From positions 248,001 through 312,000 of IMG/VR virus record IMGVR_UViG_3300034104_005687: a DNA stretch of 64,000 bases, one strand, 5' to 3'. The notes below the pieces were generated by a model. That model did no database searches and was not told the DNA's origin. It saw only the letters and a program-made list of their open reading frames with translations. Positions 54,983 to 64,000 of this stretch are shown here, piece after piece (the first letter of the stretch is position 1; each line of letters begins with the position of its first letter). A program made the translations under genes and the position numbers.

Positions 54983-57649
54983 ATGAGTTATATTGACGCA
55001 CTATTTGATCGTGAGCACGATCGCATTCATGTTGTAGAACGCCGCGATGGCATTCGCAAATATCAAGAGTACCCTGCAAATTACGTTTTTTACTACGACG
55101 ATGCTCGTGGCAAATTTCGCAGTATCTACGGCAATCCAGTTTCAAGATTCAGTTCCAAAAACAACAAAGAATTTCGCAAAGAAGTGCGACAGCACAGCCA
55201 CAAGCAGTTGTATGAAAGCGATATCAACCCAATCTTTCGTTGTCTAGAAGACAACTACAAGGGTCAAGATGGTCCCAAGCTACAAACAGCATTTTTTGAC
55301 ATTGAAGTAGCATTTGACAAAGAGCGTGGGTTTTCACCTACCACAGATCCTTTCAATCCTATCACAGCAATATCAGTGTACCTGGACTGGCTGGATCAAC
55401 TGATTACTATGGCAGTGCCGCCGCGAGGGTTGAGTTGGGAAACTGCACAGGAACTGGTAGCAGAGTTTGACAACACATTTTTGTTTGAACGTGAAGAAGA
55501 CATGATCAAGATGTTTCTTGACATCATCGATGATGCTGATGTGTTGAGTGGTTGGAACTCCGAGGGCTATGATATACCTTACACAGTAAACCGTACCACA
55601 CGGGTGCTCAGCAAGGATGACACTCGCAAGTTTTGCTTGTGGGGACAGTTGCCCAAAAAACGCATGTTTGAACGTTTTGGTGCAGAGAACGAAACATACG
55701 ACTTGATTGGTCGAGTGCATATGGACTATATGCAACTGTATCGCAAGTACACTTACGAAGAACGTCACAGTTATAGCCTAGATGCCATTGCTGAATACGA
55801 ACTAGGCGAACGCAAGACACAGTTCGAAGGCACACTGGATCAGTTGTATAATCAACACTTCAAGAAGTTTATTGAATACAACCGTCAGGACACTGCACTG
55901 ATCGGCAGACTGGACAAGAAGCTGAAGTTCTTGGATCTGGCCAACGTGTTGGCACATGAAAACACTGTGCTGTTGCAGACCACCATGGGTGCTGTGGCAG
56001 TGACTGAGCAAGCTATTATTATCGAAGCCCACGAACGTGGAGTTGTTGTTCCTAACCGCAAAGAAAGACTCGCAGATGAAGACACACAAGCCGCAGGTGC
56101 CTATGTTGCTTACCCCAAAAAAGGCATCCATGAATACATTGGCAGTATTGACATCAACTCGCTCTATCCCTCGGCTATTCGTGCGCTCAACATGGGGCCA
56201 GAAACCATTGTTGGTCAACTCAGACCCACGGCAACTGATAAATTGATTCGTGACAACATGTCTCAAGGGCAAAGCTTTGCTGCTGCCTGGGAAGGCTTGT
56301 TTGCCAGCATAGAGTATACTGCTGTGATGGAACAGAATCGCGGCAGCGAAATCACCATTGACTGGCAAGATGGCACAGAAAGCACACACTCAGGTGCTGA
56401 AATTTGGCACATGATTTTTGATTCTAACCAGCCCTGGATCATGAGCGCCAATGGCACTATTTTCACTTATGAACGTGAAGCAGTGATTCCAGGCCTGCTG
56501 AAACGTTGGTATGCTGAACGCAAACAAATGCAGGCCAAACTCAAAGAGTGCATTGACTCAGGAGACAAAGCTGCCGAAGAGTATTGGGACAAGCGTCAAT
56601 TGGTCAAGAAGATTAACTTGAACAGCTTGTATGGTGCTATTTTGAATCCAGGATGTAGATTCTTTGACAAACGTATTGGACAGAGTACCACACTCACAGG
56701 CCGTAGTATTGCTAAACACATGGATGCGTATGTCAACGAATGTATCACAGGCAAATATGATCATGTGGGCGAGACCATCATCTATGGCGACACAGATTCG
56801 TGTTATTTCTCGGCCTGGCCAGTGTTGCAGAAGTCTGTGGAAGCTGGCGAAATGGAATGGAACAAAGAAATTTGCATTCAGCTGTATGATTCAATTGCTG
56901 ATCAAGTCAACGAAAGCTTTCCTGGATTTATGGAGCAAGCATTTCATTGTCCCAGGGAAATGGGTTCAGTGATCAAGGGCGGTCGAGAAGTTGTGGCATC
57001 AAAAGGACTGTTTATTACCAAAAAGCGATATGCTGTGATGATTGTGGACAAAGAAGGCAAACGTCAAGACATCAATGGCAAGCCGGGCAAGGTCAAAGCC
57101 ATGGGGCTGGATCTAAAACGCAGCGATACTCCCAAAGTGATTCAAGACTTCTTGAGTGATGTATTGCACGATGTGCTAACAGATGCCACACGCGATGCTG
57201 TGGTTGAAAAAATACGCACATTCAAATATGTGTTTTCAGAACGTCCAGCCTGGGAAAAAGGTTCACCCAAGCGTGTCAACAATTTGACCAAGTATGGTGC
57301 TGCCGAGGCTGCGCAAGGCAAAGCCAATATGCCAGGACATGTGCGAGCAGCACTGAACTGGAACACACTGCGTCGCATGAACAGCGACAACTATTCAATG
57401 CAGATTGTGGATGGCATGAAAACCATTGTGTGCAAGTTAAAGTCGAATGCATTGGGCTGGACATCAATTGGTTATCCCACTGACGAGCAGAGACTGCCCG
57501 CCTGGTTCACAGAATTGCCTTTTGATGACGGGCTCATGGAAGCCACTGTGGTTGACGGCAAAGTTGACAACTTGTTGGGTGTGTTGGACTGGGACTTGGC
57601 AGCAGCCACCAACACTGAAAACACATTTACCTCACTGTTTAGCTTCTAA
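54983..57649 (+). CDS. Family B DNA polymerase
   Basis: ExoI 'FFDIEV', ExoII 'GWNSEGYDIPY', ExoIII 'YNRQD'; polymerase motifs 'DINSLYPS', 'KINLNSLYG', 'YGDTDS', 'KKRY'. Confidence 0.97.
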   Translation: MSYIDALFDREHDRIHVVERRDGIRKYQEYPANYVFYYDDARGKFRSIYGNPVSRFSSKNNKEFRKEVRQHSHKQLYESDINPIFRCLEDNYKGQDGPKLQTAFFDIEVAFDKERGFSPTTDPFNPITAISVYLDWLDQLITMAVPPRGLSWETAQELVAEFDNTFLFEREEDMIKMFLDIIDDADVLSGWNSEGYDIPYTVNRTTRVLSKDDTRKFCLWGQLPKKRMFERFGAENETYDLIGRVHMDYMQLYRKYTYEERHSYSLDAIAEYELGERKTQFEGTLDQLYNQHFKKFIEYNRQDTALIGRLDKKLKFLDLANVLAHENTVLLQTTMGAVAVTEQAIIIEAHERGVVVPNRKERLADEDTQAAGAYVAYPKKGIHEYIGSIDINSLYPSAIRALNMGPETIVGQLRPTATDKLIRDNMSQGQSFAAAWEGLFASIEYTAVMEQNRGSEITIDWQDGTESTHSGAEIWHMIFDSNQPWIMSANGTIFTYEREAVIPGLLKRWYAERKQMQAKLKECIDSGDKAAEEYWDKRQLVKKINLNSLYGAILNPGCRFFDKRIGQSTTLTGRSIAKHMDAYVNECITGKYDHVGETIIYGDTDSCYFSAWPVLQKSVEAGEMEWNKEICIQLYDSIADQVNESFPGFMEQAFHCPREMGSVIKGGREVVASKGLFITKKRYAVMIVDKEGKRQDINGKPGKVKAMGLDLKRSDTPKVIQDFLSDVLHDVLTDATRDAVVEKIRTFKYVFSERPAWEKGSPKRVNNLTKYGAAEAAQGKANMPGHVRAALNWNTLRRMNSDNYSMQIVDGMKTIVCKLKSNALGWTSIGYPTDEQRLPAWFTELPFDDGLMEATVVDGKVDNLLGVLDWDLAAATNTENTFTSLFSF

Positions 57650-58590
57650 TGAAACTGAGTGATTTGGTTGCCTATAGAAACTTGTTGGAAGAATATTCCC
57701 TGGCGGATATTCACCAACAGTCTCGCGGTCAGCTCAATGCTGTGATGCATCAAGTGGTCAACCATGGACTACAATTCAAACAGTTCAGCAGGGAACTGGG
57801 GCAGGATGCTGCCGCAATTGATTCAGCATTTGTCAAATTTGGTACCACTATCAACGACATCAAACAACACCTAGATGTGTTGATTGAGCAACAATATCCC
57901 GACATGCTTAGAGAAAGCCTGCGTTGGTTTGAACACGAAAGCATATACGAGGCCACTGACTATGTGCTGAATCGCAAACTGCATCTTGATCCAGCTAGTC
58001 AGGAATTGTTGTTGGGTCGAGTATTGAGATACACTGATTGGCGATTGCCTGGGTTGTGTTTTAGACCTGGATTAGAAAAATGGGTAGAACACTTGGTACC
58101 CTTGGATCCGTTGTATCTGGTAGACCACAACACTGAGTTATTGGCACCAGCAGTGGCAGGGTTTCACGAGCAGTATCAGCGCAGACTGAGATTGTATACC
58201 ATTAATGATTGCAACAACAATCAGGCTATTTTATCACAACTACCCAACAATCAATTTGGTTATGTGTTTGCCTACAACTGGTTCAATTTCAAACCATTGC
58301 AGGTAATCGAGCAGTACCTACGTGAACTGTGGCACAAGGTACGACCTGGCGGTACAGTGTTGATGACATTCAATGACTGCGATTATGCACATGGTGTTGC
58401 ACTAGCCGAACGCAATTTTATGTGCTTTACCCCGGGCACACGCATCATGAAGGCTGCCGAAACAGTGGGGTTTGACACCCTGGATCGACATCGCGGGCTA
58501 GGTGATGTAGCCTGGTTAGAATTCCAAAAGCCCGGAAAAATTTACAGCCTGCGCGGCGGCCAAACATTGGCCAAAATAATTGAGAAATAA
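57649..58590 (+). CDS. Methyltransferase-fold protein
   Basis: C-terminal 'LRELWHKVRPGGTVLMTF'; SAM motif I is degenerate; N-terminal coiled coil. Confidence 0.55.
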   Translation: MKLSDLVAYRNLLEEYSLADIHQQSRGQLNAVMHQVVNHGLQFKQFSRELGQDAAAIDSAFVKFGTTINDIKQHLDVLIEQQYPDMLRESLRWFEHESIYEATDYVLNRKLHLDPASQELLLGRVLRYTDWRLPGLCFRPGLEKWVEHLVPLDPLYLVDHNTELLAPAVAGFHEQYQRRLRLYTINDCNNNQAILSQLPNNQFGYVFAYNWFNFKPLQVIEQYLRELWHKVRPGGTVLMTFNDCDYAHGVALAERNFMCFTPGTRIMKAAETVGFDTLDRHRGLGDVAWLEFQKPGKIYSLRGGQTLAKIIEK

Positions 58591-58601
58591 TATCAATTTA
58601 G

Positions 58602-58630
58602 TTGAAAAATCTAAATATATCCTGTATAAT
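58602..58630 (+). promoter_or_regulatory. Sigma70-type promoter with a nested late-type motif
   Basis: TTGAAA-17 nt-TATAAT, with CTAAATA (58611-58617) inside the spacer. Confidence 0.65.
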
Positions 58631-58647
58631 TGTTTAAAGGAGAAATC

Positions 58648-59370
58648 ATGAGAGACCATTTGTTAGACCTAGTACAACACAGCATTGACCTTGGCTGTAT
58701 CGACATGTTGAAAATTGAGGGCACTGAGACCGAGACCAAAATCATTGGTGTAGGCAATGATCAAAGTGTGGTGATTGATGGTGTATTCCATCATCCAATT
58801 GCTGAGTTTGTGGGATCGTTTGGCATGCCTAATCTGCCCAAACTCAAAACTATTTTGAATCTTGATGAGTACAAACAAGATGCCAACTTGACCATGAGCC
58901 GCAACAACAGCGGTGATCTTGACGGCATTGAATTTGCCAACAAGTCTGGAGACTTTCGCAACACCTATCGATTCATGGTAGCAAATGTTGTGGCCAGCAA
59001 AGTGCCCACACCTAAGTTCCGTGGAGCCAACTGGCACGTTGAATTCCAGCCAGCCGCTGCCAACATTCAACGCCTGAAATGGCAAATGAGTGCCAATGCT
59101 GAAGAACCCAACTTTCAAACCAAAGTTGAAAACGGCGATTTGAAGTTCAGCTTTGGTGCAGCGGCCACACACGCTGGCAACTTTGTGTTTCAATCAGCAG
59201 TGACAGGAACACTCAAACGCAGTTGGAATTATCCTGCCGCACAGATTGCCAGCATTTTAGGCAGCAGTGGCGACAAAACCATGAAACTCAGTGACGATGG
59301 TGCTATGCAGATCACTGTGGATTCAGGACTGGCTGTTTACAACTACATCATCCCTGCTCAGACCAAGTAA
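58648..59370 (+). CDS. Probable DNA sliding clamp (gp45/PCNA-like)
   Basis: 240 aa, alpha/beta pattern ending 'YNYIIPA'; next to PolB, and the clamp loader is in the window; AAGGAG RBS. Confidence 0.6.
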   Translation: MRDHLLDLVQHSIDLGCIDMLKIEGTETETKIIGVGNDQSVVIDGVFHHPIAEFVGSFGMPNLPKLKTILNLDEYKQDANLTMSRNNSGDLDGIEFANKSGDFRNTYRFMVANVVASKVPTPKFRGANWHVEFQPAAANIQRLKWQMSANAEEPNFQTKVENGDLKFSFGAAATHAGNFVFQSAVTGTLKRSWNYPAAQIASILGSSGDKTMKLSDDGAMQITVDSGLAVYNYIIPAQTK

Positions 59371-61004
59371 TGACTGATTCTATTGTTCAAGACAATCTCA
59401 CAGCCAAGCAGTCAGACTATGCTGTGTTTTTACCAGCTATCTCAGGCTTCTATGCTACCTTTGTAGGAAAACAAAGGAACGAGCACTATGTGGATCCTGC
59501 ACGTTTCCCTGCTGGGCTCACAGACATGGAACAGATGAATTGGCTCAACAGCCAAAAAGCCTTGTTTCCGTATCGTTGGAGTCTGTATTCTGGTGGGCAT
59601 GCCAACTTGGACTTGAACAAGCAGGACTGGTCAGAGGACATGGTTCGCAACCGAGAGCCCGGCACGTTCATCCTAGGCGACTCAGGTGGATTTCAAATTG
59701 CCAAAGGCCTGTGGGAAGGCGATTGGAAAGCCAACTCGGGTTGTCCAAAAGCACAAAAGAAACGTGAGTTGATTCTAAACTGGCTAGACACAGTGGCTGA
59801 CTACGGAATGATTCTTGATATTCCAACTTGGGTCATTCACGACAAGAAAGCATCAGAAGCCTGTCAGATTACCACATTGCAAGAAGCCGTGGATGCCACC
59901 AAGTTCAACAACGAATACTTCATGCGTCACCGCAAGGGTGTAAAGAATGGTGGTGCCAAGTTCTTGAACGTGTTGCAGGGAGACAACCACACCAGTGCGG
60001 ATGCATGGTACGAGACCATGAAGGAATATTGTGATCCTGCAAAATATCCAGACACACATTTTGATGGGTGGTCAATGGGTGGTCAGAACATGTGCGATGT
60101 TCATTTGGTGTTGCGACGACTGGTGGCTTTGCGATACGACAACTTGCTGCAACAGGGAGTACATGACTGGATGCACTTCTTGGGCACATCAAAACTAGAG
60201 TGGGCGGTGTTGCTCACTGTTATTCAGAGAGCTGTGAGAAAATATGTCAACCCTGCTTTTACTATCTCTTTTGATTGTGCTAGTCCATTCCTTGCAACGG
60301 CGAACGGGCAAGTCTATTTTGAAAACGTTTTTGAGCACGATTCTAAGTGGTCGTACAGAATGGCGCCGTCGGCAGACGACAAAAAGTACTCAACAGACAC
60401 CCGCAAGTGGTCAGACGGAGTAGTACAAGACGGTGTCTATCCACGTTGGGAAGACTCACCAATCAGCAACATGCTGAAGATGAAAGACATCTGTATCTAC
60501 AAGCCAGGTGTGCCCAAAGCAGGTGTTGTTATCACAGAAGAAAACTTCCGTGATCCAGAAATGTATGATGTATTGCCTGATGTCAACAAGAACAGCAAGT
60601 GGGGTAAGACATCCTGGGACAGTTTCAGTTATGCCTTGCTGATGGGTCACAACGTTTGGATGCATTTGACTGCGGTGCAAGAAGCCAACCGACGCTTTGA
60701 TGCTGGTGAACATCCTGCTATGATGCAACGTTCGGGAGGTGATTACGCCAAGTTTGCGGACATTGTAGAAGCTATCTTTGCAGCACCAGACCGTGACAGT
60801 GCAGAAGCCATAATTGAACACTATGACACATACTGGATGGAGATTGTGGGCACACGCGGATTCAAAGGCAAAAAGACCAAAAACGCACGTACACAGTTCA
60901 ACGCATTGTTCAGTTTGGACGAACCCGAGGTTGCACAATCCAATGACGACAGTGTACAATTAGACAACAACAAACTCGATCAACTAGAGCAGGATCAACA
61001 ATGA
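59370..61004 (+). CDS. tRNA-guanine transglycosylase (TGT)/DpdA-like protein
   Basis: 'DSGGFQ', 'MILDIP', 'VLQG', 'GWSMGG', 'HFLG', 'SFDCAS', 'HN'. Confidence 0.8.
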   Translation: MTDSIVQDNLTAKQSDYAVFLPAISGFYATFVGKQRNEHYVDPARFPAGLTDMEQMNWLNSQKALFPYRWSLYSGGHANLDLNKQDWSEDMVRNREPGTFILGDSGGFQIAKGLWEGDWKANSGCPKAQKKRELILNWLDTVADYGMILDIPTWVIHDKKASEACQITTLQEAVDATKFNNEYFMRHRKGVKNGGAKFLNVLQGDNHTSADAWYETMKEYCDPAKYPDTHFDGWSMGGQNMCDVHLVLRRLVALRYDNLLQQGVHDWMHFLGTSKLEWAVLLTVIQRAVRKYVNPAFTISFDCASPFLATANGQVYFENVFEHDSKWSYRMAPSADDKKYSTDTRKWSDGVVQDGVYPRWEDSPISNMLKMKDICIYKPGVPKAGVVITEENFRDPEMYDVLPDVNKNSKWGKTSWDSFSYALLMGHNVWMHLTAVQEANRRFDAGEHPAMMQRSGGDYAKFADIVEAIFAAPDRDSAEAIIEHYDTYWMEIVGTRGFKGKKTKNARTQFNALFSLDEPEVAQSNDDSVQLDNNKLDQLEQDQQ

Positions 61005-61498
61005 ATCGCAAAGGACACGACCATGTGAATTTTTTCACTGGTACAGAAGTAGAAAAAACTCCTGCATTTGGCAAACAAACACTGTTTGTGGTAGGTGTGC
61101 AAAGTGTCGAAAGTGTTGCACTGAATTTACAAGGCTGCGAACATATCTTTTTTGGAGCCAATCACAGCTTTGATCCCAAAGACAATCTAGAGTGGGCACG
61201 TTGGGAAGGCATGATCGGATACTTTCTTGAGCGTGGTTATTTGTGCAGTTTGGATATTCCCACAAGTGCTGTAGAGCAATTCAATGACTCGGGCTTGTGC
61301 GAATATCGCAACTTTGTGCCACAGATTCGTGTGAGCATTCCGTATATTAAATTGTGGAACTACAACACCATGATCAAGATTGACGACAACGATTTTGACG
61401 CAACCAATCCCGGCGTATGGACGCACAGCTTGCACAGCCTAATGTCAAAGCGAACGTTCACAGACTGGGATCAATACAACAAGGACCAACCTATATGA
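61001..61498 (+). CDS. Hypothetical protein (165 aa)
   Basis: Coupled ORF in the TGT operon. Confidence 0.7.
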   Translation: MNRKGHDHVNFFTGTEVEKTPAFGKQTLFVVGVQSVESVALNLQGCEHIFFGANHSFDPKDNLEWARWEGMIGYFLERGYLCSLDIPTSAVEQFNDSGLCEYRNFVPQIRVSIPYIKLWNYNTMIKIDDNDFDATNPGVWTHSLHSLMSKRTFTDWDQYNKDQPI

Positions 61499-61938
61499 AT
61501 CAACAACAAAGAGAAACAGTAGAACGCATTATGACTGCGGCAGAGCGTAAAATTTGGATCACGTTTCGCAAGGAAGGCATTCACTGCTATCCTGCAGCCG
61601 CAACTGATCCTGCACTGGCCACAGGCGACGAGTATGATGTGAGCTTTCTTGGCACACCACACCGTCACATCTTTCACTTTCGTGTTTGGATCGACGTGAT
61701 TCACAATGATCGAGACATTGAGTTCATCCAGTTCAAACGCTGGTTAGAGAATCTTTACAGAGACAGTATTCTACAGTTGGATTACAAGAGCTGTGAAATG
61801 ATGGCAGATGATCTATATCTACAGATTGCTGCAAAGTATCCAGATCGTGCGGTCTGGATTGAGGTTGCCGAAGATGGTGAAAACGGCGCCCTTATAAAGT
61901 ACGAAACTTACCGCCCTCAACTCAGTGTTAACATTTAA
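61495..61938 (+). CDS. QueD/6-pyruvoyl-tetrahydropterin synthase-like T-fold protein
   Basis: 'GIH', 'HRH', 'SCEMMA' and 'EVAEDGENGA' align with the QueD pattern H...HGH...T.E.lA...ET. Confidence 0.6.
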   Translation: MNQQQRETVERIMTAAERKIWITFRKEGIHCYPAAATDPALATGDEYDVSFLGTPHRHIFHFRVWIDVIHNDRDIEFIQFKRWLENLYRDSILQLDYKSCEMMADDLYLQIAAKYPDRAVWIEVAEDGENGALIKYETYRPQLSVNI

Positions 61939-61947
61939 GGAAGTATC

Positions 61948-62175
61948 ATGGCCAAGCCTACATTCAAACCCAACCAGCGCCTGACTGAGATCTTTGAAGA
62001 TCTCGAAGTGTTCTTGGAATTCTGCCAAGACTACGGGTATCGTTACAACGAGAGCGATCTCTACAACTTCAAAAGCTATGCTTGGCAACAGTTTACCAAG
62101 TACAGCACCGGCAAGAACGCCAAGAACATGTGGTGGGAAGATGCACGCCGCTTTGCAGGATACCGCCCAGCATGA
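61948..62175 (+). CDS. Hypothetical protein (75 aa)
   Basis: AAGGA RBS; coupled to the next gene. Confidence 0.65.
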   Translation: MAKPTFKPNQRLTEIFEDLEVFLEFCQDYGYRYNESDLYNFKSYAWQQFTKYSTGKNAKNMWWEDARRFAGYRPA

Positions 62176-63386
62176 GAAAGCTGTTCTACATGGGCTTGGA
62201 GAGCTACGAAGCCCGTTACACACTACAGCTCACAGAGTGGAACCGGCGTGTTTTTGAACGCCGTGGCTTAGACGTTGTGTATGTACCCGGCAACACCATT
62301 GACAACACACAGGCCATCTCAGTGGGTCAAGTGTTGGATGCACATGGTCGCAGTTACTTTGCCATGAGCCAGATGATGAATTTGGTTCAGATGATGAAGA
62401 ACGGTGATGTCACAGGTGACGATGTGATCTACTTTGAAGACATGTTCCAGCCAGGCTTTGAAAGTCTTGGCTATATCATGAATCAGATTCCACGTGAACA
62501 ATGTCCCAAAATCTATGTGCGTTGTTTGGCACAGGCCATTGACCCTGATGACTTTGTGCATGTATGGGGTATGGCAAAGTGGATGAACTTGTATGAACAA
62601 ATGGTCAATGAAATGGTGGCTTTCTCGGGGGGTGCAGTATTGGCTACCAATGAGGAAATGGTCGCGCACATGCGCATTGCTGGATGGACTGCTCCAATCT
62701 ACAACATTTCTGGTCTTGCATTTGGAAAGGCGGAAGTACTGGAGCGGATCGGTGGACTGGAAAAAATCCAACCGTTTAATCAGCGTTCCCGGAGGGTGGG
62801 TTTCGCAGCAAGGTTTGACCAAGAAAAGCAACCTGGCTTCTTTATGGATCTCATTGAAATGTATGGCGAGCTTACCACGGAGCCATGTGAGTTTGCAATT
62901 TACAGTGGCGGACCTTTGCGATCCAACAATCCAGAGTATGTTGAACGTGCCCGCCGTATGGAGGCAGAAGGCAAACTCCAGATCTATGACAACATAAGCA
63001 AGAACGAATACTATGCTCACCTTAACAATACTCGTGTGCTGTTTAATTGTGCTCTACAAGACTGGGTCTCTAACACAGTTTCCGAGGCTGACACTCTTGG
63101 CTGCAATGTTCTTTATCCTGCCTATCGCAGTTTCCCCGAAACTTTTGCAAACGATCCAAACAGGCTTTATGTCCCTTGGAGTATAGACGATGCCTACCAC
63201 AAAATGCAACTACTCTTACGAGAACCGCATCACAACATGGGACTTATTAGCGATTGGAACAATGCCACTGTGGATCGTGTTGTTGATATCGTTACTGGCA
63301 TGGGTGAGCAGTGGAATCGAGCGGGCAATCGCTATCGTGACCATGCTGCTCACGAAAAATATCAAGTTGTAAAGATTGAATCATGA
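62172..63386 (+). CDS. GT-B fold (GT4-like) glycosyltransferase
   Basis: 'FAARFDQEKQP', 'QDWVSNTVSEADTLGC', 'SFPE'. Confidence 0.75.
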   Translation: MRKLFYMGLESYEARYTLQLTEWNRRVFERRGLDVVYVPGNTIDNTQAISVGQVLDAHGRSYFAMSQMMNLVQMMKNGDVTGDDVIYFEDMFQPGFESLGYIMNQIPREQCPKIYVRCLAQAIDPDDFVHVWGMAKWMNLYEQMVNEMVAFSGGAVLATNEEMVAHMRIAGWTAPIYNISGLAFGKAEVLERIGGLEKIQPFNQRSRRVGFAARFDQEKQPGFFMDLIEMYGELTTEPCEFAIYSGGPLRSNNPEYVERARRMEAEGKLQIYDNISKNEYYAHLNNTRVLFNCALQDWVSNTVSEADTLGCNVLYPAYRSFPETFANDPNRLYVPWSIDDAYHKMQLLLREPHHNMGLISDWNNATVDRVVDIVTGMGEQWNRAGNRYRDHAAHEKYQVVKIES

Positions 63387-64000
63387 ATGTTGTAGTAACA
63401 GGCGCTGCTGGCTATATTGGCGGCCAAGTGGCATTGCAGTTGCAAGATGCAGGCCACTCTGTAACAGGCATTGACCGCAGACCTTTGCCACAACACCTTC
63501 GAGGTATAATGAAGTTTGTGCAAGCAGACTTTGACAGCGACGAGTCCTATAAATTGTTGTTGGATGTGCAGCCCAATGCTATTGTACATTGTGCCGGTAC
63601 TAGCCTGGTTGGGCCCAGCATTAAAAAACCTTCAGATTACTACAACAACAATGTGGCCAAGACCCTGCACCTGCTTAATTTTATAACACAGGCTTTGCCT
63701 CGAACTAGATTTATTTTTAGTTCAAGCGCAGCAGTATACGGTGAACCTATTATGACACCATGTCACGAAGTTGATCCTTTGCAACCTATCAGTCCCTACG
63801 GTCAAAGCAAATTGATGACAGAAATGATCTTGGAGAGCTATCATTGTGCTTATGGGCTGGACTATGTGGCATTCCGCTACTTCAATGCCTGCGGTGCCGA
63901 CAGCCAAGCTAGGCATGGACAAGAGACAGGTGCCACGCACATCATTGCCAGGGTGCTGGAAAGCATTAGAGATCAACAAGATTTTGTGCTCAACGGCATT
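63383..64000 (+). CDS. galE: UDP-glucose 4-epimerase-like NAD-dependent epimerase (runs off the window end; not in the ORF track)
   Basis: 'VVTGAAGYIGG', 'FSSSAAVYG', YxxxK 'PYGQSK', 'RYFNACGA'. Confidence 0.88.
   Translation, partial: MNVVVTGAAGYIGGQVALQLQDAGHSVTGIDRRPLPQHLRGIMKFVQADFDSDESYKLLLDVQPNAIVHCAGTSLVGPSIKKPSDYYNNNVAKTLHLLNFITQALPRTRFIFSSSAAVYGEPIMTPCHEVDPLQPISPYGQSKLMTEMILESYHCAYGLDYVAFRYFNACGADSQARHGQETGATHIIARVLESIRDQQDFVLNGI

Noticed and set aside
54983-57649. Intein or intron in PolB
   Set aside because: All motifs are present with normal spacing in an 888-aa continuous ORF.
1-64000. Stop-codon reassignment (alternative genetic code)
   Set aside because: Long conserved genes (PolB, ClpA, the 1464-aa and 1408-aa proteins) are intact under the standard code and tile the window.
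1-64000. Bacterial chromosome or prophage origin, suggested by clpA, dnaJ, groES, dps, phoH, cysC and galE
   Set aside because: These genes are interspersed with phage structural, lysis and T4-like replication genes and share phage late-promoter motifs; no integrase or host operon context is seen.

Overview
This is a 64-kb segment of a large lytic dsDNA (jumbo-type) tailed phage of a Gram-negative host; a betaproteobacterial host is suggested by a Bug/TctC solute-binding protein. It is densely coding in the standard genetic code and mostly on the + strand. I found no rRNA, tRNA, CRISPR array or transposase. Contents in order: tail/baseplate proteins (1-8.5 kb); a truncated DnaE fragment, GroES, clamp loader, HAD phosphatase and PhoH; further fibre proteins; a sulfation/modification cluster (APS kinase-HxGH fusion, sulfotransferase-like, methyltransferase, hydroxylase, TctC); a split lysis module (spanins, GH19 endolysin, holin); DnaJ and ClpA; a block of putative internal-head/ejected proteins (36.7-46.9 kb); a glycan-modification cluster; Dps; PolB and clamp; and a TGT/DpdA-like, QueD-like, glycosyltransferase, GalE cluster. 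Three observations stand out. (1) An exact 19-bp repeat, AGCAAGGTGTGGCGGAAGG (encoding QGVAEG), brackets AT-rich in-frame ParB-like domain cassettes in two different genes. Together with a family of genes starting with T4-CTS-like 'MRAxEF..E' leaders, this suggests a cassette-shuffled, protease-processed payload of virion-delivered effectors. (2) A ~470-nt highly structured non-coding element lies at 44.96-45.45 kb. (3) Small structured RNAs lie upstream of the replication genes. All functional calls come from motif recognition by eye; no searches or folding programs were run.
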